Below, piece by piece: positions 1-7,354 of a DNA stretch of 64,000 nucleotides; position 1 is the stretch's first letter, and each line of letters opens with the position of its first letter. A program made the position numbers and the translations under genes. The notes below the pieces were generated by a model, which saw only the letters and a list, made by a program, of their open reading frames with translations, did not search any database and was not told where the DNA came from. The stretch is from a virus. The stretch spans positions 1 to 64,000 of IMG/VR virus record IMGVR_UViG_3300035148_000415. One strand, given 5' to 3'.

Positions 1-40
1 GGGCGAGCAGGACACGACCTACCACGGCGAGGAGGGGTGA
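1..40 (+). CDS. 3' end of an upstream gene cut by the window edge
   Basis: Frame from nt 2 (..GEQDTTYHGEEG*) has G/C at every third position; TGA 38-40 overlaps the next start (GTGATG). Confidence 0.35.
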   Translation, partial: GEQDTTYHGEEG

Positions 41-717
41 TGAGGACTCCCGACCAGGCGCTGGCCTACGCCCGCCGCTTCACCACCAACCGCGTCGGCA
101 TGTGCCTCTGGCACGTCCAGGACTGGTTCGGATCGCCGCACGTCTATCCCGACGCCTACTCGCAGGCGAAGGCCCTCCACCTGTACCAGGGCACGCCCCC
201 TCCAGGGGTGCCGGTGTTCTACGGCCCAGGCACGGGCAGCCGGTACGGGCATGTGGCCATCTCCGCCGGAGGGGGTCGCATCCGCTCCACCGACTGCCCC
301 TCGGAGGGAAGGGTCGGCGAGACCGACCTGAACTGGCCGCAGCGCCGCTGGGGCCACAACTACATCGGGTGGGCCCGCAACATCGGCGGCCAGGACATCC
401 CCGGCGCTCCGCAGCCGGGGCAGGTCCAGCAGCCGTCTTCCGGAGGCGACTGGTCCAAGGGCGACGTGTACCAGGACAAGCTGCACCCGGGCCAGCAGGA
501 TTCGGATTCTGTCCGCCGCCTCCAGTGGGTGCTGAACCAATGGTCGTTCCGTGGTGGCGTGGAACTCCCGATCACGGGGAACTACGGCCCGCAGACCGCC
601 AGCGAGGTGGCGAAGTTCCAGTCGCAGGTGTGCGGGGACGCGGGTGACGGTGCGATCGGACCGCGCCAGACGGACAAGCTGTTCGTCAAGGGCGGTCCTT
701 GGAACATCCACCGATGA
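40..717 (+). CDS. endolysin: papain-like NlpC/P60-CHAP peptidase/amidase domain plus peptidoglycan-binding domain
   Basis: Catalytic-type Cys in VGMCLWHV and His in RYGHVAIS; C-terminal PG_binding_1-like repeat (VRRLQWVLN..TGNYGPQTASEVAKFQ..GDGAIGPRQT); ATG 40 preferred over GTG 37 by spacing from GGAGG 31-35. Confidence 0.8.
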   Translation: MRTPDQALAYARRFTTNRVGMCLWHVQDWFGSPHVYPDAYSQAKALHLYQGTPPPGVPVFYGPGTGSRYGHVAISAGGGRIRSTDCPSEGRVGETDLNWPQRRWGHNYIGWARNIGGQDIPGAPQPGQVQQPSSGGDWSKGDVYQDKLHPGQQDSDSVRRLQWVLNQWSFRGGVELPITGNYGPQTASEVAKFQSQVCGDAGDGAIGPRQTDKLFVKGGPWNIHR

Positions 718-731
718 CCGCCGGCTGAGCA

Positions 732-1028
732 GTGCCGATCGACAAGGATGTCGAGCTGCGCACCAGCGTGCTGCACACGCCGACTGCCGAGGAGTTGGCA
801 CGTGTACGCGCCCTGGTGCGCAGGTTCGTCCCGGCCGACCAGGTCGATGATGTGGACGACGTCCTCGGCCTCACGCAGCGGCCGGCTGCTCCGTATGCGA
901 GAAGGTCCGACGCCTACTGCAAGAACGGGCACAGACGGACCGGCGAGAACACCAAGTACCGCAAGAACGGCGTCAAGTACTGCAACGACTGCGTGGTCGC
1001 AAGGGAGACGGCGCGCACCAAGGGTTGA
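732..1028 (+). CDS. zinc-ribbon protein, function unknown
   Basis: 98-aa ORF with high GC3; C-terminal CKNGH..(17 aa)..CNDC Cys/His cluster of the kind seen in HNH/EndoVII-like DNA-binding modules. Confidence 0.6.
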   Translation: MPIDKDVELRTSVLHTPTAEELARVRALVRRFVPADQVDDVDDVLGLTQRPAAPYARRSDAYCKNGHRRTGENTKYRKNGVKYCNDCVVARETARTKG

Positions 1029-1034
1029 CAGGTG

Positions 1035-1184
1035 TCAATCCGCGTCGTCCAAGGAGAAGTCGTGCATGTCCTCCTCGTACCTGTCGATCACTCCGAGCAC
1101 TGTCCTGACGTACATCCATGTCGCTGCCAGCGCCGCTGAAACACCGATCCAGCATGCGAACACTGCCATAACCTTCCAAACCAT
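1035..1184 (-). CDS. small single-pass membrane protein (only convincing minus-strand gene)
   Basis: ATG at 1184 preceded by GGAAGGGG with 6-nt spacer; MVWKVMAVFACWIGVSAALAATWMYV forms one TM helix, acidic C-tail; GC3 coding-like but lower than neighbours; ORF-track start 1220 lacks an SD. Confidence 0.55.
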   Translation of the reverse strand: MVWKVMAVFACWIGVSAALAATWMYVRTVLGVIDRYEEDMHDFSLDDAD

Positions 1185-1266
1185 CGTTGACCCCTTCCGA
1201 AGAACATCCTGACACAACACGCTGCAAATGCTAGTCGCAGCAGCAAAAGCCCACTAGTGTGTTCCT

Positions 1267-1605
1267 ATGAGCAGCGAACCGGATATCAACAGCAACGGCA
1301 ACTATGGCGCAGCGGGCCGCTCAACCCCCACAGTGCGGCAGGACGGCGGCGAATGGATCGATCCGCCGAGCACGGCGAGAGGGAGAGGGGGCAATTCGCA
1401 CTCGGAGTCCGCAGCGCTCGCCAGGTCGCGCCCGGGCGAGTGGTTGAAGCTTCCGGGCACGTTCTCGTCCAGCGTCTCCACCTGCATGCGGAAGGGCATG
1501 TACGTGTCGTTCAGAGAGCCCGGCGAATGGGAGGTCACGTCGCGCGCCGCTGGCGGCGGCCGTAGCTTCATCTGGGTCCGGTACGTGGGGAAGACCCGTG
1601 ACTGA
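1267..1605 (+). CDS. hypothetical protein
   Basis: 112-aa ATG ORF, very high GC3, first + strand gene after the divergent gap 1185-1266. Confidence 0.65.
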   Translation: MSSEPDINSNGNYGAAGRSTPTVRQDGGEWIDPPSTARGRGGNSHSESAALARSRPGEWLKLPGTFSSSVSTCMRKGMYVSFREPGEWEVTSRAAGGGRSFIWVRYVGKTRD

Positions 1606-2074
1606 CGTTCCCGGGACGACCGGCATCGAGCAGGTGATCGTCCGCAACAGTGCGAGATGCCTCACCTGCGGGGACGAGATCGAGTCCTGGACCCGCCACG
1701 ACTTCGTGACCTGCTCGTGCGGAGCGCTCTCGGTGGACGGCGGCACCTCGTACCTGCGGCGGGTCCTGCGGGAGGAGGGCAGGGACGGCGGGGTCGAGGA
1801 CACCTCGATCATGGCCCCGGAGGAGGACCGCCACCACCTCCTGGAGCATTCGGAGATCCGACTGGGCGGGGTACATCACTCCGCCAGATGCGAGGGCAGG
1901 CCGTGCCCGATCCACAACAGGTCGAACCATGCACTCCGGTCGTGGCCCCAGGTCTGGCACAAGGGACGGGTGATGCGGGTGTGCGAGCACGGGGCGTGGC
2001 ACAAGGACCCTGACGAGCGGGGGCAGAAGCGCTGCATCCGTTGCGACGGCTGCTGCAAGAAGGAGGCGGTATGA
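1598..2074 (+). CDS. Cys/His-rich zinc-binding protein, function unknown
   Basis: GTG start overlapping upstream gene by 8 nt; clusters CLTCGD..CSCG and CPIH..CEHG..CIRCDGCC. Confidence 0.65.
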   Translation: MTDVPGTTGIEQVIVRNSARCLTCGDEIESWTRHDFVTCSCGALSVDGGTSYLRRVLREEGRDGGVEDTSIMAPEEDRHHLLEHSEIRLGGVHHSARCEGRPCPIHNRSNHALRSWPQVWHKGRVMRVCEHGAWHKDPDERGQKRCIRCDGCCKKEAV

Positions 2075-2265
2075 GCATCAGGAGCGGTGTCTTCGTGACC
2101 ATGAGCACGGACGACACGCATCGGATCAACGTCACAAGGACGAACCGCGGATTCATGGTCGACGTCGAGGACGAGTCGCACTGGGCCGCGCTCACCCTCG
2201 ACGATTCACAGGCGGGAATCCTCGCCGCCTGGATGCAGGAGCGGCTGAAGGAGGGGCGGGGATGA
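2071..2265 (+). CDS. hypothetical protein (tandem paralog 1)
   Basis: ATGA overlap with upstream stop, AGGAGG SD; RINVTRTNRGFMVDVEDE..LDDSQAGILAAWMQERLKEG aligns with next gene. Confidence 0.6.
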   Translation: MSIRSGVFVTMSTDDTHRINVTRTNRGFMVDVEDESHWAALTLDDSQAGILAAWMQERLKEGRG

Positions 2266-2453
2266 GCGTCAGGGATCAACTGATCATCGACGGGGACGAC
2301 GAGCGGAGCCTGCTGATCCGCGAGACGAAGCACGGCTTCCTGTTCGACGTGTACGAGGACGGCGTCTACTCGTCGACGGACCTCACGACCGAGCAGGCCG
2401 CGCTGGTCGTGAAGTGGCTGCGCGACAGGATCGAAGGGACGGACGAGGGGTGA
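2262..2453 (+). CDS. hypothetical protein (tandem paralog 2)
   Basis: ATGA overlap; SLLIRETKHGFLFDVYED..LTTEQAALVVKWLRDRIEG aligns with previous gene. Confidence 0.6.
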   Translation: MSVRDQLIIDGDDERSLLIRETKHGFLFDVYEDGVYSSTDLTTEQAALVVKWLRDRIEGTDEG

Positions 2454-2677
2454 ACGTCGGACTCGCGCTCGCGATCGCGTACATCGCCGGCTTCATCGCC
2501 TGGAGCGTCGCCTGGGCGATGGCTGCGGACAGGGCGCGCTGCCTCCGCGACAGGGAGGGGCTGCGCACCGCCGCGAGGATGGTGTTCCTCAGCCCGGTCT
2601 GGCCCGTCATGGCGGTGCTGATGGCTGTCTTCGGACTGGTCGGGCTGTGGCGGGACGCGGATTGGAGGCGGCGGTGA
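2450..2677 (+). CDS. small membrane protein (two hydrophobic helices)
   Basis: GTGA overlap; VGLALAIAYIAGFIAWSVAWAMA and VFLSPVWPVMAVLMAVFGLVGLW. Confidence 0.55.
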   Translation: MNVGLALAIAYIAGFIAWSVAWAMAADRARCLRDREGLRTAARMVFLSPVWPVMAVLMAVFGLVGLWRDADWRRR

Positions 2678-2841
2678 TGAGCGGATGCAGGGCCGTGCTG
2701 AACATCGCTGGAGAGCACTACCCGTGCGACATGCTGTGCGTGGACCGCGACGGCAATCCCACCTCCGGCCACGAGGGCTGGGCCCACGGCAACAGGGACG
2801 CGCAGGCCATCTGGACATGCGGCGGCGAGGAGGGGGACTGA
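2677..2841 (+). CDS. hypothetical protein
   Basis: TGATG overlap with upstream stop (GTG 2674 also possible); high GC3. Confidence 0.5.
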   Translation: MSGCRAVLNIAGEHYPCDMLCVDRDGNPTSGHEGWAHGNRDAQAIWTCGGEEGD

Positions 2842-3050
2842 TGGACCACGAGAAGTCCGACATGTTGCAGGTCGTCGCGATGTGCGTCGGCATCGTACTC
2901 GTCGTCGCCACGATCGTGGCAGGGGTCGTGTACAACATCGACGCCAGCAAGGAGGGTGAGACCGCGATCGTGGAGGCCTGCGTCTCCAACGGCGGCTCCT
3001 GGGTCGCAGGACCGAACGGATTCGAATGCGTGCAGGAGGGGCTGCGGTGA
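2841..3050 (+). CDS. small membrane protein (one TM helix)
   Basis: TGATG overlap; MLQVVAMCVGIVLVVATIVAGVVY hydrophobic helix. Confidence 0.55.
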   Translation: MDHEKSDMLQVVAMCVGIVLVVATIVAGVVYNIDASKEGETAIVEACVSNGGSWVAGPNGFECVQEGLR

Positions 3051-3214
3051 GCGACCTCAACGCAACGATCGAGGAGCTGCAAGTGCTGGTCTACGACCTG
3101 GAGGCCACGTTCGTCGCTGTGCGCGGCGTGCCCGCCACCTACATCGCGGACGTGAACCGCACCGCCGCCAGGCTGCAAGCCGTCGTCGACCGACTGAAGG
3201 AGGAGGAGTCATGA
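3047..3214 (+). CDS. hypothetical protein
   Basis: GTGA overlap with upstream stop; 55 aa, helical/coiled composition. Confidence 0.5.
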   Translation: MSDLNATIEELQVLVYDLEATFVAVRGVPATYIADVNRTAARLQAVVDRLKEEES

Positions 3215-4242
3215 GCAGGGCGCTCGCGACCATCGCGACCATCGGGGAGATCCACCCGCACCCCGACGCGGACAGGCTGGAGATCGCCACCGTCCGGGGC
3301 TGGAGGGCCGTCGTCCAGAAGGGCGTGTTCCATCCCACGCAGACCGTGCTGTACATCGAGCCTGACGCATTCCTCCTCGACCACGAGCCGCGCTTCGCGT
3401 TCCTCGTGAACAGGTCCATGCGCAAGGCGCCGGACGGGAAGCACGGCCACGTCCTGCGCACCGTGCGCCTGCGCGGCGTCGTCTCACAGGGCCTCGTCAT
3501 GGACCTCGCTGAATGGCCGGAGCTGGACGGGTACGAGGTCGGCGACGACGTGACCTCCCTGCTCCCGATCCGCTTGTGGGAGCCTCCGGTCCCCCTCGGA
3601 TCGAAGCTGGCGGGGAAGTTCCCCGGCCACCTGCCGAAGACCGACGAGGAGCGCATCCAGAACGTCGAGCAGCACCGTCTCGACGCCCTGACCCACGCCG
3701 AGCTGATCGTGGTGACGGAGAAGGTGGACGGCACCAGCATCACCGTCTGGCTGAAGGGAGACGGGACCCTCGGCATCGCCGGCCGGAACTGGGAGCTGGA
3801 TCCGGACTGCAACACGTACCGCGCCGTCGCGGACACGCAGGCCGCACGGTGGATCGCGGAGTCCGACGGGACGTGGGCGGTGCAGGGCGAACTCGTCGGC
3901 CCCGGCATCCAGGGGAACCCGCTGAAGCTGCAGGGGCAGCGGCTGATGCTGTTCAACGTGCTGCGGCACGGCAGGAACCTGTCCCGCCACGACTGGCCGT
4001 TCGACCTGGCCCTGGAGTCGGTGCCGATCCGCAGGACGTTCGTGAAGGGCTACACGTTCGGCGTCCCGATCACCGACCGCGACTGGTGGCTGGAGTTCGC
4101 GGACGGGCTGACCAGCACTATCGAGGGGACCGGGGAGCAGGTCCTGTCGGAGGGCGTCGTGATCCGCTCCTACGACAGGGACGGACAGACCGACTCGTTC
4201 AAGGCGATCAGCGCCACCTACCTGCTGAAGGGGGACCGGTGA
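3211..4242 (+). CDS. ATP-dependent RNA ligase, DraRnl/NgrRnl (Rnl5, DRB0094) architecture
   Basis: Nucleotidyltransferase motifs I EKVDGTS, III VQGELVG, IV EGVVIRS, V FKAIS; about 110-aa N-terminal extension and no C-terminal domain; ATGA overlap start. Confidence 0.8.
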   Translation: MSRALATIATIGEIHPHPDADRLEIATVRGWRAVVQKGVFHPTQTVLYIEPDAFLLDHEPRFAFLVNRSMRKAPDGKHGHVLRTVRLRGVVSQGLVMDLAEWPELDGYEVGDDVTSLLPIRLWEPPVPLGSKLAGKFPGHLPKTDEERIQNVEQHRLDALTHAELIVVTEKVDGTSITVWLKGDGTLGIAGRNWELDPDCNTYRAVADTQAARWIAESDGTWAVQGELVGPGIQGNPLKLQGQRLMLFNVLRHGRNLSRHDWPFDLALESVPIRRTFVKGYTFGVPITDRDWWLEFADGLTSTIEGTGEQVLSEGVVIRSYDRDGQTDSFKAISATYLLKGDR

Positions 4243-4577
4243 GTGCAAACATCTACACCCACCCGGAGGCGTACGGCCTCACCGTCGTCGCCGACGTGGA
4301 GGCGGCCAGCGGCTACGAGTTCGACACGTTCGTGATCTGGAGGGACAAGACCGGCGCCTTCTGGTGGGCGCAGGACCAGGGCTGCTCCTGCCCCGTCCCG
4401 TTCGACGGCAAGGACCTGTCGAACCTGCCGTCGGGGAGCCTGAAGGACGCGATCACCGACCTGAAGGCGTGGATGGCCGAGAGTCCCGGGTCGAACCGCA
4501 CGTACGAGGGACGGCTGGCGCTCGACAAGCTGATCCACGAGACGTCGATCCGGCTGGTCGAGGAGGGGCGGCCATGA
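4239..4577 (+). CDS. hypothetical protein (GCSCPVPF motif)
   Basis: GTGA overlap; 112 aa, high GC3. Confidence 0.55.
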   Translation: MSANIYTHPEAYGLTVVADVEAASGYEFDTFVIWRDKTGAFWWAQDQGCSCPVPFDGKDLSNLPSGSLKDAITDLKAWMAESPGSNRTYEGRLALDKLIHETSIRLVEEGRP

Positions 4578-5116
4578 GGCGCATCGACGACCAGGCCGTG
4601 AGCCGCGCCTACTGGGAGTGGCTGCGCGCGGCGAACCCGTGGCTGCCGCCGTACGAAAGACTCACCACCGCCCTCTTCAGCCTCAACATCTCCACGCGCG
4701 ATCTGGAGATGAAGGTCTCCCTGGACTGGCCGTCCGAACCTTTCCAGTTCGACCCTTGGGAGGAGGCGCTGGAACGGGAAGGCTGCACCGAGTTGGCATG
4801 GGACGGCCATCTCGCAGCTGTCCTCCGATGGCTCAGCGGCGCACTGGAGGGCAGGGAGGGAGGCTTCCCGTACCGGATCTACCTGTTGCGAGCGGCGGCC
4901 CACATCCGCGCGATGGCACCGGAGGGGACGAAGTGGGAGGAGCCGGCCCTCCTCGTCCCCGGTGGGGACCGGCCGCGTCTGCGCAGCGTCGTGCAGTCGC
5001 TGCTCGAAGCCGATACAGGTCGTTGCTACCAGAACGAGGGCAGCGTCACCTACCACCTCGTCAGCGCGGAAGCGTCACTGCACGCCCTGTGGCTCGCAGC
5101 GGAGGAGAAGCCATGA
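4574..5116 (+). CDS. hypothetical protein
   Basis: ATGA overlap; 180 aa, high GC3. Confidence 0.6.
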   Translation: MRRIDDQAVSRAYWEWLRAANPWLPPYERLTTALFSLNISTRDLEMKVSLDWPSEPFQFDPWEEALEREGCTELAWDGHLAAVLRWLSGALEGREGGFPYRIYLLRAAAHIRAMAPEGTKWEEPALLVPGGDRPRLRSVVQSLLEADTGRCYQNEGSVTYHLVSAEASLHALWLAAEEKP

Positions 5117-5220
5117 ACCGGCACGCACTGCGGCACTGGACGCAGGTGATGCCCGGGTGCGCCTGGTGCGGGTCGGTGTTCCCGGTCCACCGATGCCACA
5201 TGGAGGAGGATCGGCGATGA
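5113..5220 (+). CDS. hypothetical mini zinc-finger-like peptide (35 aa)
   Basis: ATGA overlaps at both ends; CAWC..HRCH. Confidence 0.4.
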   Translation: MNRHALRHWTQVMPGCAWCGSVFPVHRCHMEEDRR

Positions 5221-5426
5221 GGATCGACGGCAGGCCCGACGGGGCCGACTTCCGGCTCATGACTGGGTGCTGGGGACTCATGCACAGGAACGGAGTCCCG
5301 TCCCTATGGAGGTACGACGGATCTGAGTGGTCGTACCTCACCGACCTCGATACCGACCTGGCCAACCTGGTCAAGATGCTCGACCACTACCGCAGGACCG
5401 CACCGCGCAACAAGGAGGAGCAGTGA
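5217..5426 (+). CDS. hypothetical protein
   Basis: ATGA overlap; 69 aa. Confidence 0.5.
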   Translation: MRIDGRPDGADFRLMTGCWGLMHRNGVPSLWRYDGSEWSYLTDLDTDLANLVKMLDHYRRTAPRNKEEQ

Positions 5427-5584
5427 GCAAGAAGCGCAAGAAGAGCAGGAAGCAGAACGTCGTCGTGGTCATGGTGAAGGGCAAGCGCGGCAAGCGCGGC
5501 CTCGACGGGCCGCCAGGCCCTCCCGGACCGATGGGTCCGCGCGGGATCGACTACGTCCACGGCCAGGAGGAGTGGGTCAAGTGA
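5423..5584 (+). CDS. 53-aa basic protein with a collagen-like (G-X-Y)x8 tract
   Basis: GTGA overlap; GKR GKR GLD GPP GPP GPM GPR GID at aa 20-43 (nt 5480-5551). Confidence 0.5.
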   Translation: MSKKRKKSRKQNVVVVMVKGKRGKRGLDGPPGPPGPMGPRGIDYVHGQEEWVK

Positions 5585-5856
5585 GCAGCACCGTCTGGAA
5601 GTACCCGCTGCAAGTCGCCGACGAGCAGACCATCTACGTCCCCTCCGATCCGCGCGTCCTGCACCTCGAGATGCAGCACCAGCAGCCGTGCATGTGGCTC
5701 CTGGTCGATCCGGAGAAGGAGCGGATGAAGATGAAGATCAGGATCATCGGCACCGGATGGGCCCCGGTCGACACGACGCTGTGGGTCTACCTCGGCACCT
5801 ACATGGAGCAGGGCGGGCGACTCGTCTGGCACTACTTCTGGGACAGGAGCCTCTGA
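5581..5856 (+). CDS. conserved-looking phage protein of unknown function
   Basis: GTG 5581 has 9-nt spacing from GGAGGA (GTG 5572 has none); VWKYPL.. N-terminus, GTGW and VWHYFW motifs. Confidence 0.6.
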   Translation: MSSTVWKYPLQVADEQTIYVPSDPRVLHLEMQHQQPCMWLLVDPEKERMKMKIRIIGTGWAPVDTTLWVYLGTYMEQGGRLVWHYFWDRSL

Positions 5857-6098
5857 TGGCCGAGGTCGGAAGGCGCGACATCGTCGCGGCAGCGGCGCTC
5901 GTCAGCATCGGGAGGCACATCATGCACCTCGACAACGAGTGGGACGACGGGTCGGACGCCCCATCCGTGCTCTCGGTGCGGCGCGGCCCGGGCGGCGCCG
6001 TCTACGACGCCGCCGTCGAGTTCGACGACGGGTCGAAGGCGACCGCCATCATCACCATCATCATCACCGGTGCCGAACCTGCGGAGGAGAAGCGATGA
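5856..6098 (+). CDS. hypothetical protein
   Basis: TGATG overlap; 80 aa. Confidence 0.5.
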   Translation: MAEVGRRDIVAAAALVSIGRHIMHLDNEWDDGSDAPSVLSVRRGPGGAVYDAAVEFDDGSKATAIITIIITGAEPAEEKR

Positions 6099-6235
6099 TC
6101 GACCCGGTCGCATACCGCCACATCACATCGCTGGGTCGGATGCTCGTGGATCAGGGGCACCTCACGGAGTACGGGCTTCGAATGCTCGACGCCGTGGTCA
6201 TCGAAGAATCCGGCAAGTGGGAGGAGAAGCAATGA
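6095..6235 (+). CDS. hypothetical protein
   Basis: ATGA overlaps both ends; 46 aa. Confidence 0.45.
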   Translation: MIDPVAYRHITSLGRMLVDQGHLTEYGLRMLDAVVIEESGKWEEKQ

Positions 6236-6777
6236 GGTACGTGTTCCTGGACACCGAGACGACCAGCCTCGACCGCTACAAGCGGCAGATCTGGGACCTG
6301 GCCTACATCATCCGCGACCCCGGCAACGGGCACGACGACACGGAGCGGCAATTCTTCTTCAGCGCCAGCCTGAAGGACGCCGACCCGATCTCCCTGAACA
6401 TCGGGCGCTACTACGAGCGGCACCCGAAGCCGTACTACATGTACGGAGGGAACTCCCATTACGAGGCCGATGCGCTGCGCGAGGTTGCGGAGGACCTGCG
6501 AGGGGCCACCATCGTCGGGGCGGTGCCGTCGTTCGACGAGGAGACGCTGGCGAAGATGCTGCACAAGCGGCTGGGCCTGCAGCCGACCTGGCGCTATCAC
6601 CTCGTCGACATCGAGACGCTGGTCGCAGGACATCTCGGAGTGCTTCCGCCGTGGAACTACGACGAGATCATCAGGGCGACCGACCTCCCGCCCATCACGG
6701 ACAGGGAGCGGCACACCGCGATCGGAGACGCCCGCACCGTGCGCGACCTCTGGGACTGGTGGGTGCAGTTGCGATGA
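6232..6777 (+). CDS. DEDDh 3'-5' exonuclease (DnaQ-like)
   Basis: ExoI FLDTETTS, ExoII VPSFDEETL, ExoIII HTAIGDARTV (H-x4-D). Confidence 0.85.
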   Translation: MRYVFLDTETTSLDRYKRQIWDLAYIIRDPGNGHDDTERQFFFSASLKDADPISLNIGRYYERHPKPYYMYGGNSHYEADALREVAEDLRGATIVGAVPSFDEETLAKMLHKRLGLQPTWRYHLVDIETLVAGHLGVLPPWNYDEIIRATDLPPITDRERHTAIGDARTVRDLWDWWVQLR

Positions 6778-6944
6778 GCGGGATGCGGTGGAAGCACGAG
6801 ATGAACGAGCGCGCCCTGGACTCCATCCGGCCGGACTGCTGCGGCCCCGTTGACGGGGTCTGGGAGCCTTCCAAGGGGTACTGGGTGTGCGAGTACCACT
6901 GCGGCTACAACGACGGCCTGAACGACTGCCGGGACCCCTCCTGA
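6774..6944 (+). CDS. Cys-rich hypothetical protein
   Basis: ATGA overlap; DCCGP..VCEYHCGYNDGLNDC. Confidence 0.5.
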   Translation: MSGMRWKHEMNERALDSIRPDCCGPVDGVWEPSKGYWVCEYHCGYNDGLNDCRDPS

Positions 6945-7219
6945 TGCCCAGCAGAAGGCAGAAGTACGAATGGCTGAAGGCCAACAGCACCGAGGGCTGG
7001 CGCGACCTGTTCGAGTTCTCCTCCATCACCGGGTTCAAGCACCGGTGCAAGGTCTGCGGCCAGACAGGGTACCTGGAGGGAGGGGCCAACCCCTCCCCGC
7101 ACTCCTGGTCCATCAGCCACCTCATGGGCCACTCCCCGTGCCCCACCTGCGGGAAGCGGTTCACCGCAGCAGGGATGCCCCTCCACATCGCCAAGATGCA
7201 TGGCGGGAGCGCCGGTTGA
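6944..7219 (+). CDS. zinc-finger protein, function unknown
   Basis: TGATG overlap; CKVC..(32 aa)..CPTC. Confidence 0.55.
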   Translation: MPSRRQKYEWLKANSTEGWRDLFEFSSITGFKHRCKVCGQTGYLEGGANPSPHSWSISHLMGHSPCPTCGKRFTAAGMPLHIAKMHGGSAG

Positions 7220-7232
7220 ATCGGCAGAGCAT

Positions 7233-7305
7233 CTCCGCGTAGCTCAGTGGATAGAGCAACGGCCTCCTAAGCCGTCGGTCGCAGGTTCGAGTCCTGCCGC
7301 GGAGG
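7233..7305 (+). tRNA. tRNA-Arg, anticodon CCT (reads AGG)
   Basis: Hand-folded cloverleaf: acceptor CTCCGCG/CGCGGAG, D stem GCTC/GAGC, anticodon stem ACGGC/GCCGT with loop CTCCTAA, variable CGGTC, T arm GCAGG-TTCGAGT-CCTGC, discriminator G; no encoded CCA. Confidence 0.9.
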
Positions 7306-7354
7306 CGAACCTCCAGTACCGCGCAGCGCCTAGACTCTGCGCAACGGACGAAAG

